Counted from the first letter of the whole stretch, positions 1 to 14,089 are shown. The stretch: DNA of 63,279 nt, filler included, from Dugesia japonica (GCA_001938525.1; 5 parts of 5 records of this genome joined end to end with filler, not necessarily neighbours in it), one strand, 5' to 3'. Numbers and translations: made by a program. The notes: generated by a model from the sequence alone, not told the origin.

Positions 1-334
1 TTATCTTAAATAAATTTAGTATTATAATATGAAAAGGCAATTGTTGATATATTTTATTATTGACTCATTTTTCAATTACTTATTTCTCATTATAAATATT
101 TATCATAAGAACAATGAGTTGTGAGTTACTGATAAATTCTTTGTATACTAAATTAAAAAAGTAATGAAAAATATTTTTTTATATTAGAATTTACTGAAAT
201 TATTTTCTGATAAAATAGCGAATAAATAAAATTTGGCAAATTCAGATTGAATTGAATGTTGAAAAGAGAAAATATTTGTACAGAGAAATTAATTTCATTA
301 TGGAAATGCCAACTTTTTAAGCCGCAAATGTTAA

Positions 335-1177
335 TAATTTCCCAATGAAATTTTTTTTAGAGAATTAATGAATTGTTTTAGTGTAACAATTTAATTTTTA
401 GAAATTTTNNNNNNNNNNNNNNNNNNNNNNNNNNNNNNNNNNNNNNNNNNNNNNNNNNNNNNNNNNNNNNNNNNNNNNNNNNNNNNNNNNNNNNNNNNNN
501 NNNNNNNNNNNNNNNNNNNNNNNNNNNNNNNNNNNNNNNNNNTTTGTAAAAACAATATAATGTATTTTGTGTTTTAGCAACTGTTTTTTTATGTTTGCAC
601 TATAAATATCAACCCCACCGCAAAATTTAGTTGATTTAATATAAAAAGCACAGAAAATTTAGTAGAAAAGACCAAAACTTTAGTAAACTAACATAAATTT
701 AATTGACAATAATCATAGATAATTATATATNNNNNNNNNNNNNNNNNNNNNNNNNNNNNNNNNNNNNNNNNNNNNNNNNNTAATTTCCCAATGAAATTTT
801 TTTTAGAGAATTAATGAATTGTTTTAGTGTAACAATTTAATTTTTAGAAATTTTTTATTTTTTTCAAAATCAACTGTAATATTTTATAAATATTAACGAT
901 AATAACAATATTATTAGTAAAAATGTAAAAAGAAGACTTTGGTTCCCAAAAATGTTCTTGGTTTTAAAGCGTTTTAAAAGTAGTGACGTTTGTAAAAACA
1001 ATATAATGTATTTTGTGTTTTAGCAACTGTTTTTTTATGTTTGCACTATAAATATCAACCCCACCGCAAAATTTAGTTGATTTAATATAAAAAGCACAGA
1101 AAATTTAGTAGAAAAGACCAAAACTTTAGTAAACTAACATAAATTTAATTGACAATAATCATAGATAATTATATATA
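335..1177. repeat. Tandem 446-bp duplication across N gaps (probable assembly artefact)
   Basis: 335-408 matches 781-854 and 543-730 matches 989-1176 at the same 446-bp offset. The copies are identical where sequenced and are separated by a 50-N gap. Confidence 0.85.
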
Positions 1178-1419
1178 ATTATATATAATTGTATATAGTT
1201 GTATATAATTGTATATAGTTGTATATAGTTGTATATAATTGTATATAATTGTATATAGTTGTATATAGTTGTATATAATTGTATATAATTGTATATAGTT
1301 GTATATAGTTGTATATAATTGTAAATAATTGTATATAGTTGTATATAATTGTATATAGTTGTATATAGTTGTATATAATTGTATATAATAGTATATAATT
1401 GTACATAATTATATATAAT
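1165..1419. repeat. 10-bp minisatellite (GTATATAATT/GTATATAGTT)n
   Basis: About 25 tandem 10-mers. Explains the spurious YNYIQLYT ORFs. Confidence 0.97.
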
Positions 1420-1429
1420 GAGGTAGGTA

Positions 1430-2640
1430 GCATTAAAAAAATCTGAATTCATAGAGTATTATGGAGAAGATTTGGACAGGATGTTTGTAGATAAAAGTCT
1501 TTTAATTAGCAGAAGAATTTAAACATTATAAGTTTCAATCAAATCAATTAAAAACGCTTCAATCGGCCAAATCGCCAGAAATTCCAAACGAGATGTGTTA
1601 TTACTGTTTAACATCTAATGTGGAACTAGTGTACGACTACGATCACTATTCGGGAGAAATTGTAGGGTACGCGTGTACGGGTTGTAATGTTAACACAAAA
1701 AACGTGTTTGGTTCATTATATTTTCATAATTTAAGCAAATATGATGTTCATTTGGGGTTGTTTAAAAAAAATGAAATTAAGAAATTAAACATAACAGCAC
1801 TGGCTAAAACCGATGAGGAGTATATTTCACTGCAGGCTGGATGCATAAGAATTATTGATTCTTGGAATATCCAAACAAAATAAAGATAGAAACTCGATAC
1901 GTTTATGATGGTATTCATAAACTGTTCAAACTTTGGGAGGATGTTGTTAAGAATGATGAAAACTATTCCCAATAAAAACTTTTAATAAAACTGTTTTGTC
2001 TTTTTTTATAAAGACTTTTAAAAAATAGGTAAAAACGTCAAATTCAAGCTTGTAGACCTAATATCTATATTTACCAGAGAAAAGAATATCAAATATAGAA
2101 AAATTTTCAGAATATCAAAATAGTTTGATGCCAAAAAAATTCAAGCCACAATAGAAGTTAATGTTAATTCAATATATATACGAAAGAATACTACATAATT
2201 GAGGGTATGATGTTAAAGTGGTAACTATATCAAGGAATTAAGGTAAAGAAAATACATAGAAAACTAAAATATGAAAAAAATGTCTGGTTGAAAAGGTTCA
2301 TAGAATTTAATATTAAAGTGAGAACCGAATGTAAAAAGATATGTTCTATAAATTACTAAACTATTTATTTTACGGAAAAACATTTGAAAACATTAGGAAT
2401 AGATATAACATACAATTGATTTATGAAGTTGAAAGATTTAAAAAATTAGCTTCTAAACCAACATTTAATTCAGAAAAACTCTTTAGCAAAGATGTACATA
2501 TATATGCCGTGCACCCACTAAAAATGAAATAAAACATGATAAGTTCCAATGTGTAGGGTTCATGGTGCTTGAACAAAACAAGCTGTTTTATCTATTGATT
2601 TGTGTACATGAAGTGGTAAAAAATATAGAAGAATGAAAAA
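1430..2640 (+). pseudogene. Degraded Polinton/adintovirus-type protein-primed DNA polymerase B (middle and C-terminal part)
   Basis: YYGEDL; CYYC...DYDHYSGEIVGYACTGCN (RDHCHxTG..RGAAH..CN-like insert); YFHNLSKYDVHL; later KLLNYLFYGKTFENIRNR (KLxxNSxYGKTxEN motif). Multiple stops and deletions. Confidence 0.8.
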
Positions 2641-3559
2641 AGACCTATACTATGATATGTAATCCATGAAACATATCACGATTATAAAACCTCTAAACAT
2701 TCATATAAACAACTATAGAAAACCCAATAAACTGTAGATAATCATATACAAGAACTATAAAACCATGTAAAACCAATTAAAACATCATGTAAAAACTCCA
2801 GAAAAACCCTAATAAAATTCTTAAAGAAATCCTAAAAACTACAAGAAACAATAGAAAATCATAGAACATTCTATTGAAAAAACTGAAAAACAACAGAAAA
2901 CCATTATTAATACTATAAACGTTCAATAGAACCATTAAACATATCTTAATATCACAGATAATTCGTATCAAATACTATATGAAATACTATATAATGATAA
3001 TAGTTATATATAATAGTAATATTTTGATACCATTCGACTCAGACTAAAAAACTGCCAGTAAAATGCCCAAAGGAGTAGTTCCTAAAATTGCTTTCTTCAG
3101 TGAAAAATAAGCTTCTTATAAAGAGATGGATAATAGCGCACTGGTACCAGCTTATCCTTCGATGACTTAATCCGTGCTTTACTTTTTCAATATATGTAGT
3201 AAGACAAACGTTTTATGTAATATTATGTAATGATTACCTTTCTTTGCTTTGATTTTATACAGTTTTTACGTAATCAGTCTAATTTTCATGAAAACTCAGA
3301 GAAAAGTCCATTTTCTTTAAATTACTCAAATTTGGTTTTTAAAAATAATTCAAATTTTCATGGGAACCCAACAAAACAGCCTATAAACGATTTTTACTTT
3401 TCGCATTGTGTAGGGCGGAGTAGATCGTACCATGTTCCATAATCCATCCATTCTAGTGTTTGACATTTGGGGAGGCTCATTTGAAAACAAAAATTGGAAA
3501 TATTATAAACAAATAAAACATTTCAGCATACTTTTGTTTAATGAAAGGACTACGCTTGT

Positions 3560-4640
3560 TTTTTTTGAGCAAATAAAATTAAAATGTGGTTCCAAAGTTG
3601 ACATGCAAGTTGGCATTTCATTATCAACTTTTAAAAGTCTTTCTCTTATTTTTGACTTTTTTTGGTCAATGCTGAAAATCCAAATTCACATAGCTACGAA
3701 GATACAAAAGACCAAAGGATTTTAATGGTTTTAAGCTGATTTCAGAATAGAAATTTTTAACCAAAAGCCAAAACTCATTCAAGTTCTTTTCAAAGAATGT
3801 TGAACAATAGAATTTATTGTTTCTCAAATCAATGAGCTGTCTATTTTCTTTAATTGTCAAATATTCGAATTACAAATCGGTTAATTAACCATTCATATTC
3901 ATCAATCAAAAGCGAAGAAAAGTAGCTTTTAAGTGAAATTCGAATTTTTTCAAATGTGTTTATATTTTCTTCTGAAATTTTTTTATAACGTATATTCATT
4001 GACATCTTCAAAGCATTCTAAATTTCTTTTAAATAATTCAAATTCCCACAGTGTTAATGTTTTTTCAAAAGAAATCAATTTTGCCGTAGATGTAATAACC
4101 TTCTCGGAAGGTTTTTGAAGATTTAAATTCAGAAAGGTCAGCATTCCGAACAGGTCCGAGAGAAATTGACCTTTAAGTCACAAAATCTCATTATAAAGAG
4201 AACATTCTAAAGTTGTTTTCTCAATCTATAAGAACAATATGACTTCCATTTTTAGATTTATAAGTCGTTGTAAAACTTTTCCCTTTGAAAGCCAACGCAC
4301 TTCAGTTATGAGAAAAGTGTTTTGTAGTTGGAATCCTTTGTATCGCATAGCCTGAGAAACAATTCTAGATTTAAATGTTGACTCCTAATGAAATTGACCG
4401 CTTGAATGAATTCGTTCGTAACACTTAACATATCTGGAACTAGAGGTTTTGGAACAAGAGATTTTCTGTGAATTGTGCAATGAAAACTTATAACATTTGA
4501 ATTTTCTTGTCGCACAAGTGTAATAAAACCTGTTTTGCTTCATAGAATAAATGAGCATCCATCTGTGCAAACACCTACGCAGTTTTTCTACAGCAATGAA
4601 ATATTTAAGATTTTTTATCCATCAAGCTCAAACAAATCTT
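3560..4640 (-). mobile_element. hAT (Buster/SPIN/Charlie-like) transposase remnant, C-terminal half
   Basis: HCTIHR (CxxH), VNFIRS, EVRWLSKGKVL, EFW...YSEIS and a degenerate hATC dimerisation region. Frameshifted. Confidence 0.85.
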
Positions 4641-4750
4641 TTCCTATAGTTTTAATTTTTGCAAATGGAGCTATAATTCGAGTTTGATATGTTAATCTTA
4701 TGTTAAATTTTTTTTATGTTAAATCTTAGAAAATTAAATATTAAATAAAG

Positions 4751-6290
4751 TTGCAGATGTCTATGGAATTCCCCATTGGTATTGTACCAAAGAAATATGG
4801 TATTATTAGAATGTGTTTTGACTTTAGAAAATTGAATTCAATTACAGAAAAGTTTTCGTTTTCAGTTCGAAATATTCAACTATTCTTAGATACGCTTGAA
4901 GGATCAGTTTTATTTTCTTCTTTAGATTTAGGGCAAGTATATTATTCGATTGAACTAAGCGAAGAATCAAAATTGAAGACGGTTTTTAGTACAAAGGTAG
5001 GTCAATTTTATTTTAATCGAATGCCTTTCGGGTTATGTACTGCATTGTAACATTTCAAAGCTTGATGCATAAAATATTTGAAGGAATATTGTATAAAGGA
5101 GTATTAGTCTATCTGGATGATATTTTAATATATGTTAAAACTAAAGAGAAGCATGACAAACAAGTTGGTAAAGTCTTTGAGCTACTAAAAGATGCGGGTT
5201 TAAAAAGATATCCAAGTAAATGTNTGTTCAAACCCAAGAAACTCAAATCTTTAGGATATACAATTAGCGCTAAAGGCCTAGAGACAAATGCTGAGACCAT
5301 CAAAATAATTAGAAAAACCGTAATGCCAAAATGCAACACGCAAATACGAGCGTTCTTAGGATTAAAAAATTATTATAGGCATTTTATAAAAGATTATGAT
5401 TTACTTGCAGCACTATTGTATGCAGTGAAGACAGGACAAGAAAATAACATTGAATGGACATAGGAATGTGAGGATAGTTTTCAATCTTTGAAGATAAAAT
5501 TTTGTAGTGCTCTAAATTTTAAATTTTGACTTTCGCAAATAATAGGGGCAAAATGATTTTGGATACTGATGCTAGTTTTGGAGCAATCGGAGGGATTTTG
5601 AGTCAAATAAAGAATAATGGGTTAGAAGATGTCATAACATATGATTCTCAAACTTTAAACTATCACTAAAAAAGAAATTGTGTTACTCGCAAAGAATTGT
5701 TAGCACTGCGTGAGTTTATTATGTACTTTAAAAATATTTGTATGGCAAGAAAGTTAGAGCAAGAACGAATCATAAAGCATTGACAAAGACTAGTAAGCCC
5801 ATGAGTTCTCAGTTTCAAACATAGATAAAATATCTATCAGAATTTAATTTCAGTCTAGAATTTTGAAAAGGAGTAGCTTTAGGGAATACTGATGGATTAT
5901 CAAAGATAGGAAAGAGACTTTGTTTGCAATGTCAAATTATACATCAAGATGCCAAAGGAAAACGATCTCGAGTTAAAAGAATTACTTTAGATCAAACAAA
6001 CTTTGATAGAAGCGATATTCAAGAATTACAAAGAAACGATTCAATAAAGAGAGAAATCATTGAATATATTGAAAGTGGAATAATAATTAATAAGCTGAAC
6101 ACAATGGTGACCAAATGTAAATATTTGTTCCAAACTGGAAAAGTTTGAGTTGGATGATGAGATACTGATTAACAATGAAAGAGACAAGAAAAGAATTGTA
6201 CTAATAGGAAAATCGATACGCAACCTTATAGATTTAATAACGATGAGTTATGTCATATGGAAGTCACAAAAAGTTTAACATACATTTCTA
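4751..6290 (+). mobile_element. Ty3/Gypsy pol remnant (RT, RNase H, start of integrase)
   Basis: VPKK..IRMCFDFRKLN, FSSLDLGQVYY, RMPFGL, VYLDDILI, RAFLGL.NYYR, DTDAS..AIG, TRKELLA. Stops and frameshifts throughout. Confidence 0.93.
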
Positions 6291-8049
6291 ATTTATCGTT
6301 TTTTGAGCAATAAATTGTTTTTAAAACTGATTAAAATGAACAATATAACAATAATAATATGAATAAAAATAAAATTATTTTAATGAGAGAAAAGGAAAGA
6401 TTAAAACAAATAATTATATTAAAGTATTTTGGTATTTTAAAGAAAAATGATAGGAAAAGAAAAGCGAAATAAATCATTATCATCATTATAAATAATAAAA
6501 TATTAGATTATTAGACAGATTTAAGTAAAAACATTGTGTTATTATAATTTTATAAAAAATATTAAAATGTGAAATTATTATTTTTATTGATAAATATAAT
6601 TAAAATTATTATTATTCAATAAATATTATTATTTATAATGAACAAGCAGGAATTAAAACAGGAAAGTTATATGTTCAAGAAGATCTGATGATTATATATA
6701 AGAGTTTGGTATTAATATTTTCGTATTTACATTATTACATTATTAAAAATTATTATTTTTCCACAAAACTATTATTTTTCTTAAGCTGTTTCAATTGCAG
6801 AAATCATAAGTCGGAACACGTGGTATAGAAATTTACCGTGTCTGTGAGCACTAAACTCACTACAAAAGTAAAAATTCATGTTCATATTTAGACATTTCTG
6901 TAGAATCTATTAGTGCACTCCGTACGATTCATTGCATTTACAGACACCAACTATATATGTCAAAAATTGACGATCCAGTTGGGTATATAAGAAACACCGA
7001 AAAATAGAAAAATCAGTATTAAATTTTCATTTTAATGAGCTCTTAGAGGTTTGACTCAATTAAACTACTAAGCAATATTGTAAAAGCTAAAACTATTAAT
7101 AACTATCAAGAGAAAATGAATTAAAGAATTTTTGATTGAATTTTATTTTAATATTAATATTTTAATATTGTTGAACATCATTTGAAGGATACTGAGGTAA
7201 TGTTGTCAGACGTTGGCGCAGCTGACTGTGGTGACCGTTGCATATCAGATACCTCGCCAAGAGATTGTCCACCCTAAAAATTTGAGAAATTGTTAATATG
7301 AAATAATAGATAAATTGTTGAAGTGATAATTTATAAATGAATTTGATAAATAAATAATATAAAATTATAGTTGATGAAAGAATTTGATATTTTGTTGAAT
7401 GATAATTGATAAATGAGTTCGATAAATTATTAATAGAAATGAAAATCGAGAAGTGGTGATGGTTATTCCTTGCTAGATCTGTCTTTGAGTGAACCTGATG
7501 TGTATATTTTTATCAGTTTAAAATATTGTCTAAGAACATCTTACTTATTATTCTTATTTCAGATATGAATTGAATTATGAGTGAACTACGAATTTAATTT
7601 TATTATTAAATTATTTGTCTTTATCCATTAACTATTTAATTACTAAAACTATAACTATTTAGTTGCTAATGATGAGAAAAACATGGACTCGTCGATACAG
7701 TTGCGGGATTGAATTTACTGGGTTGCTAATTAATGAACAATGAGATGAAAATTCGGACGTATGAGTTAATATTAGAGCTGGTAACGAAGATAGTAATTGT
7801 ACTTTGAGAGCGGATCCCTCATTTTCATAAATACCATTAATAAAAAATAAATTATTTGTTTTAATGCATTTATTTAATTATTTTTGAGTTAGTTAATGAA
7901 CATAGTTCAATTTCATTTGTTCAATAATCACTCCAAATAATTACGTTAAATTTATTCAGGTTGAAAAATAGTTTTTAACAATTATGTTTTTAATAAAAAT
8001 TAACGGTATTTTTCTTTTATTTATTATTTATAATATTTATTTCAACATT

Positions 8050-9365
8050 ATTATTTTAAAAATCAAACTTTATTAATGTTTGCTCTTAAACAAATTTCGT
8101 AATCAGTTTTTAATTTTATTTCAAATATTTGTTCTAATTCTTCAAAATATTTAAAAAATTTAGCTGCAACATCTTCACCAAAGTAATCTATATATCTAGA
8201 TTGATATATTTCTGGATAATTTGATTTAATTTATATTCCAAAGCCATTAATTCTTCCTAAACTAAAATATTATTTGTTATATTTACTTTGTTATAAGCTT
8301 CAAAATCAACATAAATTGTAAACGGAACTTTATTTTTATAATGATATTTATTAAATTCTAAATAATCTTTTGAAGGAAATGAATTTTCTGCTGGTTTATT
8401 TCCTCTACAATCTAAAAAATAATGATTATTTAATGCATATATTGTTCTAAATGAACATAAACAGTTTAAACATGGAAAGGCTTTATTTTTATCTGAATGT
8501 TTCAGAAATATAGAAACATCTTTACATAAAACGTAATGACTTGAATCATCATCTGTATATAGAAATAAATTAGTATAATGTATATTATTAAATGTAATTG
8601 GTTTCCAATAAAGATGTTCAATATGAATTTGTTTAATAGATTTGTAACGATCTATTTCAAATATATTTACTTTTATTGAAGGATTTTATAACTGAAATAA
8701 TTTAATATCTTTTAAAGATAATGGGAAAGAAATCCCATTTAAATTTAATTCATTTATATATTTATAATCACGAATAACTATATCAGGATTATTTTCAAAT
8801 GGATGTAATGAAGCTAAAATTGACCAAACAAAACAAAGGTTATNNNNNNNNNNNNNNNNNNNNNNNNNNNNNNNNNNNNNNNNNNNNNNNNNNNNNNNNN
8901 NNNNNNNNNNNNNNNNNNNNNNNNNNNNNNNNNNNNNNNNNNNNNNNNNNNNNNNNNNNNNNNNNNNNNNNNNNNNNNNNNNNNNNNNNNNNNNNNNNNN
9001 NNNNNNNNNNNNNNNTATTTCTTGTAAATTATTTTCAATATCTTGAGTTGTTAATATTTTAGCTTGATGTGAAATACCATAATCAACTCATGTTTGATCA
9101 GTCTTTAAATATTTACAAACTAAATTAATTCTCATTTTAAATGAATTAATGTTTGGAAAGTAATATCTAGTTAATAATTGTTAAAATATTTCAAAATAAT
9201 CTGATGGAATTTCTCTTATATTTTTATGTTGTTCAAATCTTCTTGTTATAGTTACTAATTCTTGTCTTTTAAACATATTTAATCTTTCTAATCCATAATT
9301 ATTTAAAAAATTAATTAATTCTTGATTATTTGATAAATAAGCATATCTTTGATAATTTTCATTTT
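8050..9365 (-). pseudogene. Degraded Polinton/adintovirus-type pPolB, N-terminal region
   Basis: Minus-strand translation (not in the ORF track): LCFVWSILASLHP..NP, LNLNGISFPL..KDI..F, VNIF, SHYVLCKD, FPCLNCLCSF, KVPFTIYVDFEA, YFGEDVAAKF. Confidence 0.8.
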
Positions 9366-9465
9366 NNNNNNNNNNNNNNNNNNNNNNNNNNNNNNNNNNN
9401 NNNNNNNNNTTAATTAATTAANNNNNNNNNNNNNNNNNNNNNNNNNNNNNNNNNNNNNNNNNNNN
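9366..9465. other. Artificial scaffold spacer (44N + TTAATTAATTAA + 44N)
   Basis: Palindromic 12-mer with stops in all six frames, inside N runs, exactly 100 bp. Confidence 0.95.
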
Positions 9466-9588
9466 TTCAAACATTTTTTTAATTGAAAATTTTTATTTAT
9501 AATAATAAAACACTGCCAATAAAAATTTACAATAACTTATTAAAATTCAATACGTCTTATTATTTCTTGTAATATTTGCCTTTAGTTC

Positions 9589-11650
9589 AGTGGCGTAACA
9601 ACGGCTTGGCATTGGGGCAGTTCAAAAGGGCGCCTCTAAATCTCTAATTTTGAAATTTTTATTTAAATGGATATTTCACTTTTATCCTCGATAACAAAAA
9701 AGCTAATAATTAATTATATTTAAATATATTTCATTTAAACCATTATAATATTTTTTATTATGTTTGTAAAATTGTTATTAATACTTGATCGATTTTAGAT
9801 TTTTAGTAACTTTAGTAACTGAAATCAATTAATCAATTTTTAATAAGTATAAATAAGTAATTAATTAAATTGATTATTCAGAAAATAAATATATTCCTTA
9901 AAAGTTAAACATGGATCGGAAGAAAAAAAGTGGACATCAGTACCGCACAGAACGACTTGCTAAGGAAACAAATGAGAAAGAACAATACTTTGGTTTAGAA
10001 AACTGACTTAAAACGAGAAACTCAAAATCTGAAAGTGACAATGACAATGTGTGTACTTCAAGTTCTAAGGATGGACTGGATGGTGAAGATAATGCCTATG
10101 ACACGGAAGTGGAAGTTAATGCCCCTGCTATGGAAGTGGAAGCCCCTTCTACGGAAGTAAAAGCTGAAGATTGTACTTTAAAAAAATCTAAAATTGTGGA
10201 AAATACAGAACAAGACTTGTTTGTAAATAATGAAGTTGATGTGAGCAATGATAATAAGTCTGAAAATGTGATTGTAAATGATCCAACAACATGGAATTTA
10301 TATTATAAAAATACCAGATCTTTTCTAGTTCAACTTGGTAAAGAACATGTAGAGTTAAGGAAGTATCCTGTAACAAATGGCCACTGCTTTAATAATTCCT
10401 GGAAATTTAGAAATGAGGATTTTGAAAAGGAAAAGAGAAAATGGTTATTTTATTGCAAAAATAAAGATGCAGTATATTGTTTTCCTTGCCTCTTATTTGT
10501 ATCCAGTGCACATAATGTTCCATTTTGTCAGTCCGATGGATTTGTGGACTGGAAACATCTAAACCCACAAATTCAAAATCACGAGAATTCGTGGCAACAC
10601 ATAAACAATTTTACGAAATGGAAATTATTAGAAAAGGGGCTTGAAAGGGGTGGACNAATTGACGACGTTGCACAAGCAGCACTGAAAAGCGAAATTTTGA
10701 AATGGCGCCATACATTGACTATTATATTAAAATGTATATTGTTTTGTGCTGAAAACAATTTGGCTTTTCGTGGGCATGAACAAGATGGTGGTATATTTTT
10801 GAATCTGATAAAATTTGTGGGTCAGTTTGATGTTGGTTTTAAAAATTCCCTTGAATCGCATATTAAAAATCACACTAGCTATTTGTCGCCAACTATCCAG
10901 AATGAATTTATTAATTTGTTATCAGCGAAAGTACAAAGTGAAATAATAAAAGAAATTCAAGAAGCTAAATATTATAGTATAATATTTGATAGCACTCCGG
11001 ATGTATCGCACAAAGACCAATTAATTGAAATAATTCGGTATGTGAAATAGTCAGATAAAAAATTTACGATTGAAGAGAGGTTCGTTGGTTTAATAAACAC
11101 AACAGAAAAAACAGGAGAAGGAATTGCCTTGGAAATTAAAGCAGCATTAATTCAAAATGGTTTATCACTTGAAGATGTACGTGACCAAGGCTACGATAAT
11201 GGGGCCAATGGCAGGGAAGTACAATNNNNNNNNNNNNNNNNNNNNNNNNNNNNNNNNNNNNNNNNNNNNNNNNNNNNNNNNNNNNNNNNNNNNNNNNNNN
11301 NNNNNNNNNNNNNNNNNNNNNNNNNNNNNNNNNNNNNNNNNNNNNNNNNNNNNNNNNNNNNNNNNNNNNNNNNNNNNNNNNNNNNNNNNNNNNNNNNNNG
11401 AAAAAATATCCTCAGTCACTGAAATCAGCCTAAAGAAGCATACGGACACAAGATTGTGTTCCAAAGCAAATGTTGTAAGTGCCGTATACGAGCAACTGGA
11501 GCAAATTATTTTAGTGTTAATTGAAATGAAGAATAATCACTTACTTGGTGACGCATTATATCTTGCTAAATCATTGCACCGTCAAATCAATAGTTACAAG
11601 TTCATTGCGTTTATAACTATAACTATCGAAAACCCAGTTACGTCTCTGCT
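9589..11650 (+). mobile_element. hAT transposon (ZMYM1-like, TTF zinc finger/DUF4371), 5' end plus disrupted transposase
   Basis: CAGTGGCGTAAC TIR-like start at 9589. ATG 9911 (MDRKKKSGHQYR) is in frame with ORF 10049-11050 apart from one TGA. Motifs WLFY..KDAVYCFPC, LAFRGH, YLSPTIQNEFI, YSIIFDSTPDVSHKDQL, then after a TAG: QGYDNGAN, DTR. No 3' end found. Confidence 0.92.
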
Positions 11651-13376
11651 TTAGTTCTTTGTGTAACCGCAAATTTTCATCAAATGTGACTACTTTTAAT
11701 GAAATATTTAGTTTGTAAATGTAGTATTTATAGTTTTTTTCTTAATATAGGTTTAGGTTAAGTTATATAGATATTTTTAGATATATTATTTAAAAATTGT
11801 ATTACATTTTTTGAAATTTGTCTTAAAAGTTACCAAACGGCTATTTAAAAAAAAATCGATGAAATAAAATGGAATTTTGCAGCTGGTGTTTTCCAATTTT
11901 TAAGGCTTACTAAAGTAAATTATATATCTTAAGAAATAGCTTTAAAAATGTCAGTTCGTTAATTAGATAATTACATAAAATCAAAAATAAATGATTATTT
12001 TTCTTAAATTTAGAATAAAATCTAAATGAAAAAAAGCTAGATTGAAAAACTTTCATTACAAAATGACGGATTACGGGGCTAATTATTGTATAATTAATTT
12101 GGGAATTTCATATTAATGATTTATGATAAAAATATTTATAATTAATCCAATATAATAAAAATAATAAATTCAATTTTTGAACTAAATTATTACTATTTTT
12201 TATTTGCAAATTTCATTCTGAAAATTTCTGATAATACTGGCGATTAATTAATCACAATTACCCGGACTTTTCATTTCAATGTTATTATGCAACATCAAAA
12301 TTTATTTATAATAATTTTGATGTCTTGTAAAGCAAATGAATTTTCATTTGTGATTTGGCTTTGAGTTAGTATTAAAATGAATTAGAATTTAGAATTTTTA
12401 TTTCTCTAGCGTTATTTTATTAATTTTTGATAATTTTTATCATAAGTATGATAGGTTATACACGAGATTTTGATTTTAGACACTTATTGATTAAATATAT
12501 TCTTTTCTTTAGAAATAAATAGCTAATTCGAAATTTGTACTAATGAATTAATAAAAAATATAATTTAAATTATATATTTTCAACAATTAACAGTAAAAAA
12601 TTTAATTGTTATCAAAACAATTTTCGAAAACATTTAATTAATTAAATTAACTAAACATTAAAATCATTAAAAAAAATTTTAATATTAATATTTCATGTAA
12701 TTTATATAGTCTTATTATTTCAACCTTTGAGGATCACTGAACAGATGTTGTATTGTGTAATGTGGTTCTGTATTTTTTACATTTATTGCTTGAGGTAAAT
12801 GAATTTAGAACATATACAACATGAAAATTAATAACTTTGAAAATAAAAAATCATTAAGACCCACAAGGTTTTGTCACTCAATTAAGCAAACAGATTTGTA
12901 ACTATATTCTACAAGTGCTCCTCTGGAGGGTTATTAAAAATGTATTATTGTTATTATTATTATTATTATTTATATATTTATTTATATAATAAAATGGGAT
13001 AATCGTTAATGTCAAAAGTTATAAGAATATTATTAAAGATTTAAAATTATTAAATTTAAATTGAATGAATCATAAAAATATGAAACAATTATTTTGTATT
13101 TTTGTTTTAAAACGATATTTTTAATTATCTCAATTAAAAACTATCCCTTTTTTATTAGGGTTGTCTGTTGACCTTTGGTATCATGCTAAACTTTCACTGA
13201 AATTTGAGAATATTTATTGTTATATTTTTTTGCTGATAATAATATAATTACCAGTCACATGTTTCATTAATCTATTTAGCATTGAAAACATGACAATGTT
13301 GATAGCTATTGACTGTAATATTAATCTGTTTTAACATTTTGGTATTACATAAATACTAATTTATTTTTCTATCAAG

Positions 13377-13548
13377 TGTAAGAGCAGATCGTATGTCTAC
13401 AGTTGGTAATCCGTTCTATACAGCTCCTGAGAATCTAAAAAATGAGTCACCATATGATTACAGTTCTGATGTATTTAGTTTCGGCATGTTGTTGTGCGAA
13501 TTGATAACTGGTTTAAGAAATGATCCGAATTTCATTCCAAGAACAAAT
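13377..13548 (+). CDS. TESK/LIMK-family protein kinase, internal exon (subdomains VIII-IX)
   Basis: AG acceptor at 13375-76. VRADRMSTVGNPFYTAPENLKNESPYDYSSDVFSFGMLLCELITGLRNDPNFIPRTN. GTAATT donor at 13549, phase 0. The DP.F.PRT motif is typical of LIMK/TESK. Confidence 0.88.
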
Positions 13549-13957
13549 GTAATTTTATTATAACTTCTATGAAATTTTATAAAATATTTTATTTTCCAAC
13601 GCTAAACTGGTTTTTTCCAGTGTTTTCAGTGATAATTTTATTTAAATTGCTAAGTATAATTTTTGAAGGTCATTAATATTATTATAATTATTATAATGAT
13701 TATTATAAAAAATAATCGAAGAAAAATTGCAATTTTTTTATAAAATCTCTGAAACGCCATTTAAATATCTATTTTCGTATTACATGTTTCAATAGAATAT
13801 CAGTCTATTTCAGATACAATAATTTAATTCTTTTATTAAAATTCTTTATTAAAACAATATTTATTCTTTGTTAGATTAGTTTGGAGAAATCATCTTATCA
13901 TTAATATCAAAACTCGATTCTGTATATGATCTGTAATATAAACTTAAACTAACCTAT

Positions 13958-13992
13958 GACAAAACCGCGGAAACTTTTTAGGTCACCTAATA
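13958..13992 (-). mobile_element. Solo mariner-like terminal inverted repeat
   Basis: Minus strand reads TA-TTAGGTGACCTAAAAAGTTTCCGCGGTTTT, resembling mariner TIRs. No partner found. Confidence 0.4.
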
Positions 13993-14089
13993 TATACTGA
14001 ACTATTTACGTACAAGAATTCCATATTTTATCTGGGTCTTTGATAATACTTTCAATTTAAATTATTATTACCATCATTATTGACATCTT

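Noticed and set aside
398-580. ORFs spanning N runs (also 8799, 40916-41323, 53092-53349, 56295-56603)
   Set aside because: Their length is an artefact of translating gaps.
335-1177. Biological tandem duplication
   Set aside because: Identical copies separated by a placeholder gap; most likely an overlap that was not merged.
1159-1452. Repetitive YNYIQLYT ORFs
   Set aside because: Translation of a 10-bp minisatellite.
7180-7273. Possible minus-strand terminal exon (GGQSLGEVSDMQRSPQSAAPTSDNITSVSFK*) after TTTTAG
   Set aside because: Short, with no recognisable homology or partner exons.
9911-11130. Stop-codon reassignment or readthrough (in-frame TGA and TAG, some at Trp positions in TE relics)
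   Set aside because: In-frame stops occur only in TE relics that also have frameshifts. The intact genes use TGG for Trp and end in TGA or TAA.
12448-12500. YTRDFDFRHLLIK as a kinase catalytic-loop exon
   Set aside because: Lacks the HRD..N consensus and convincing splice sites.
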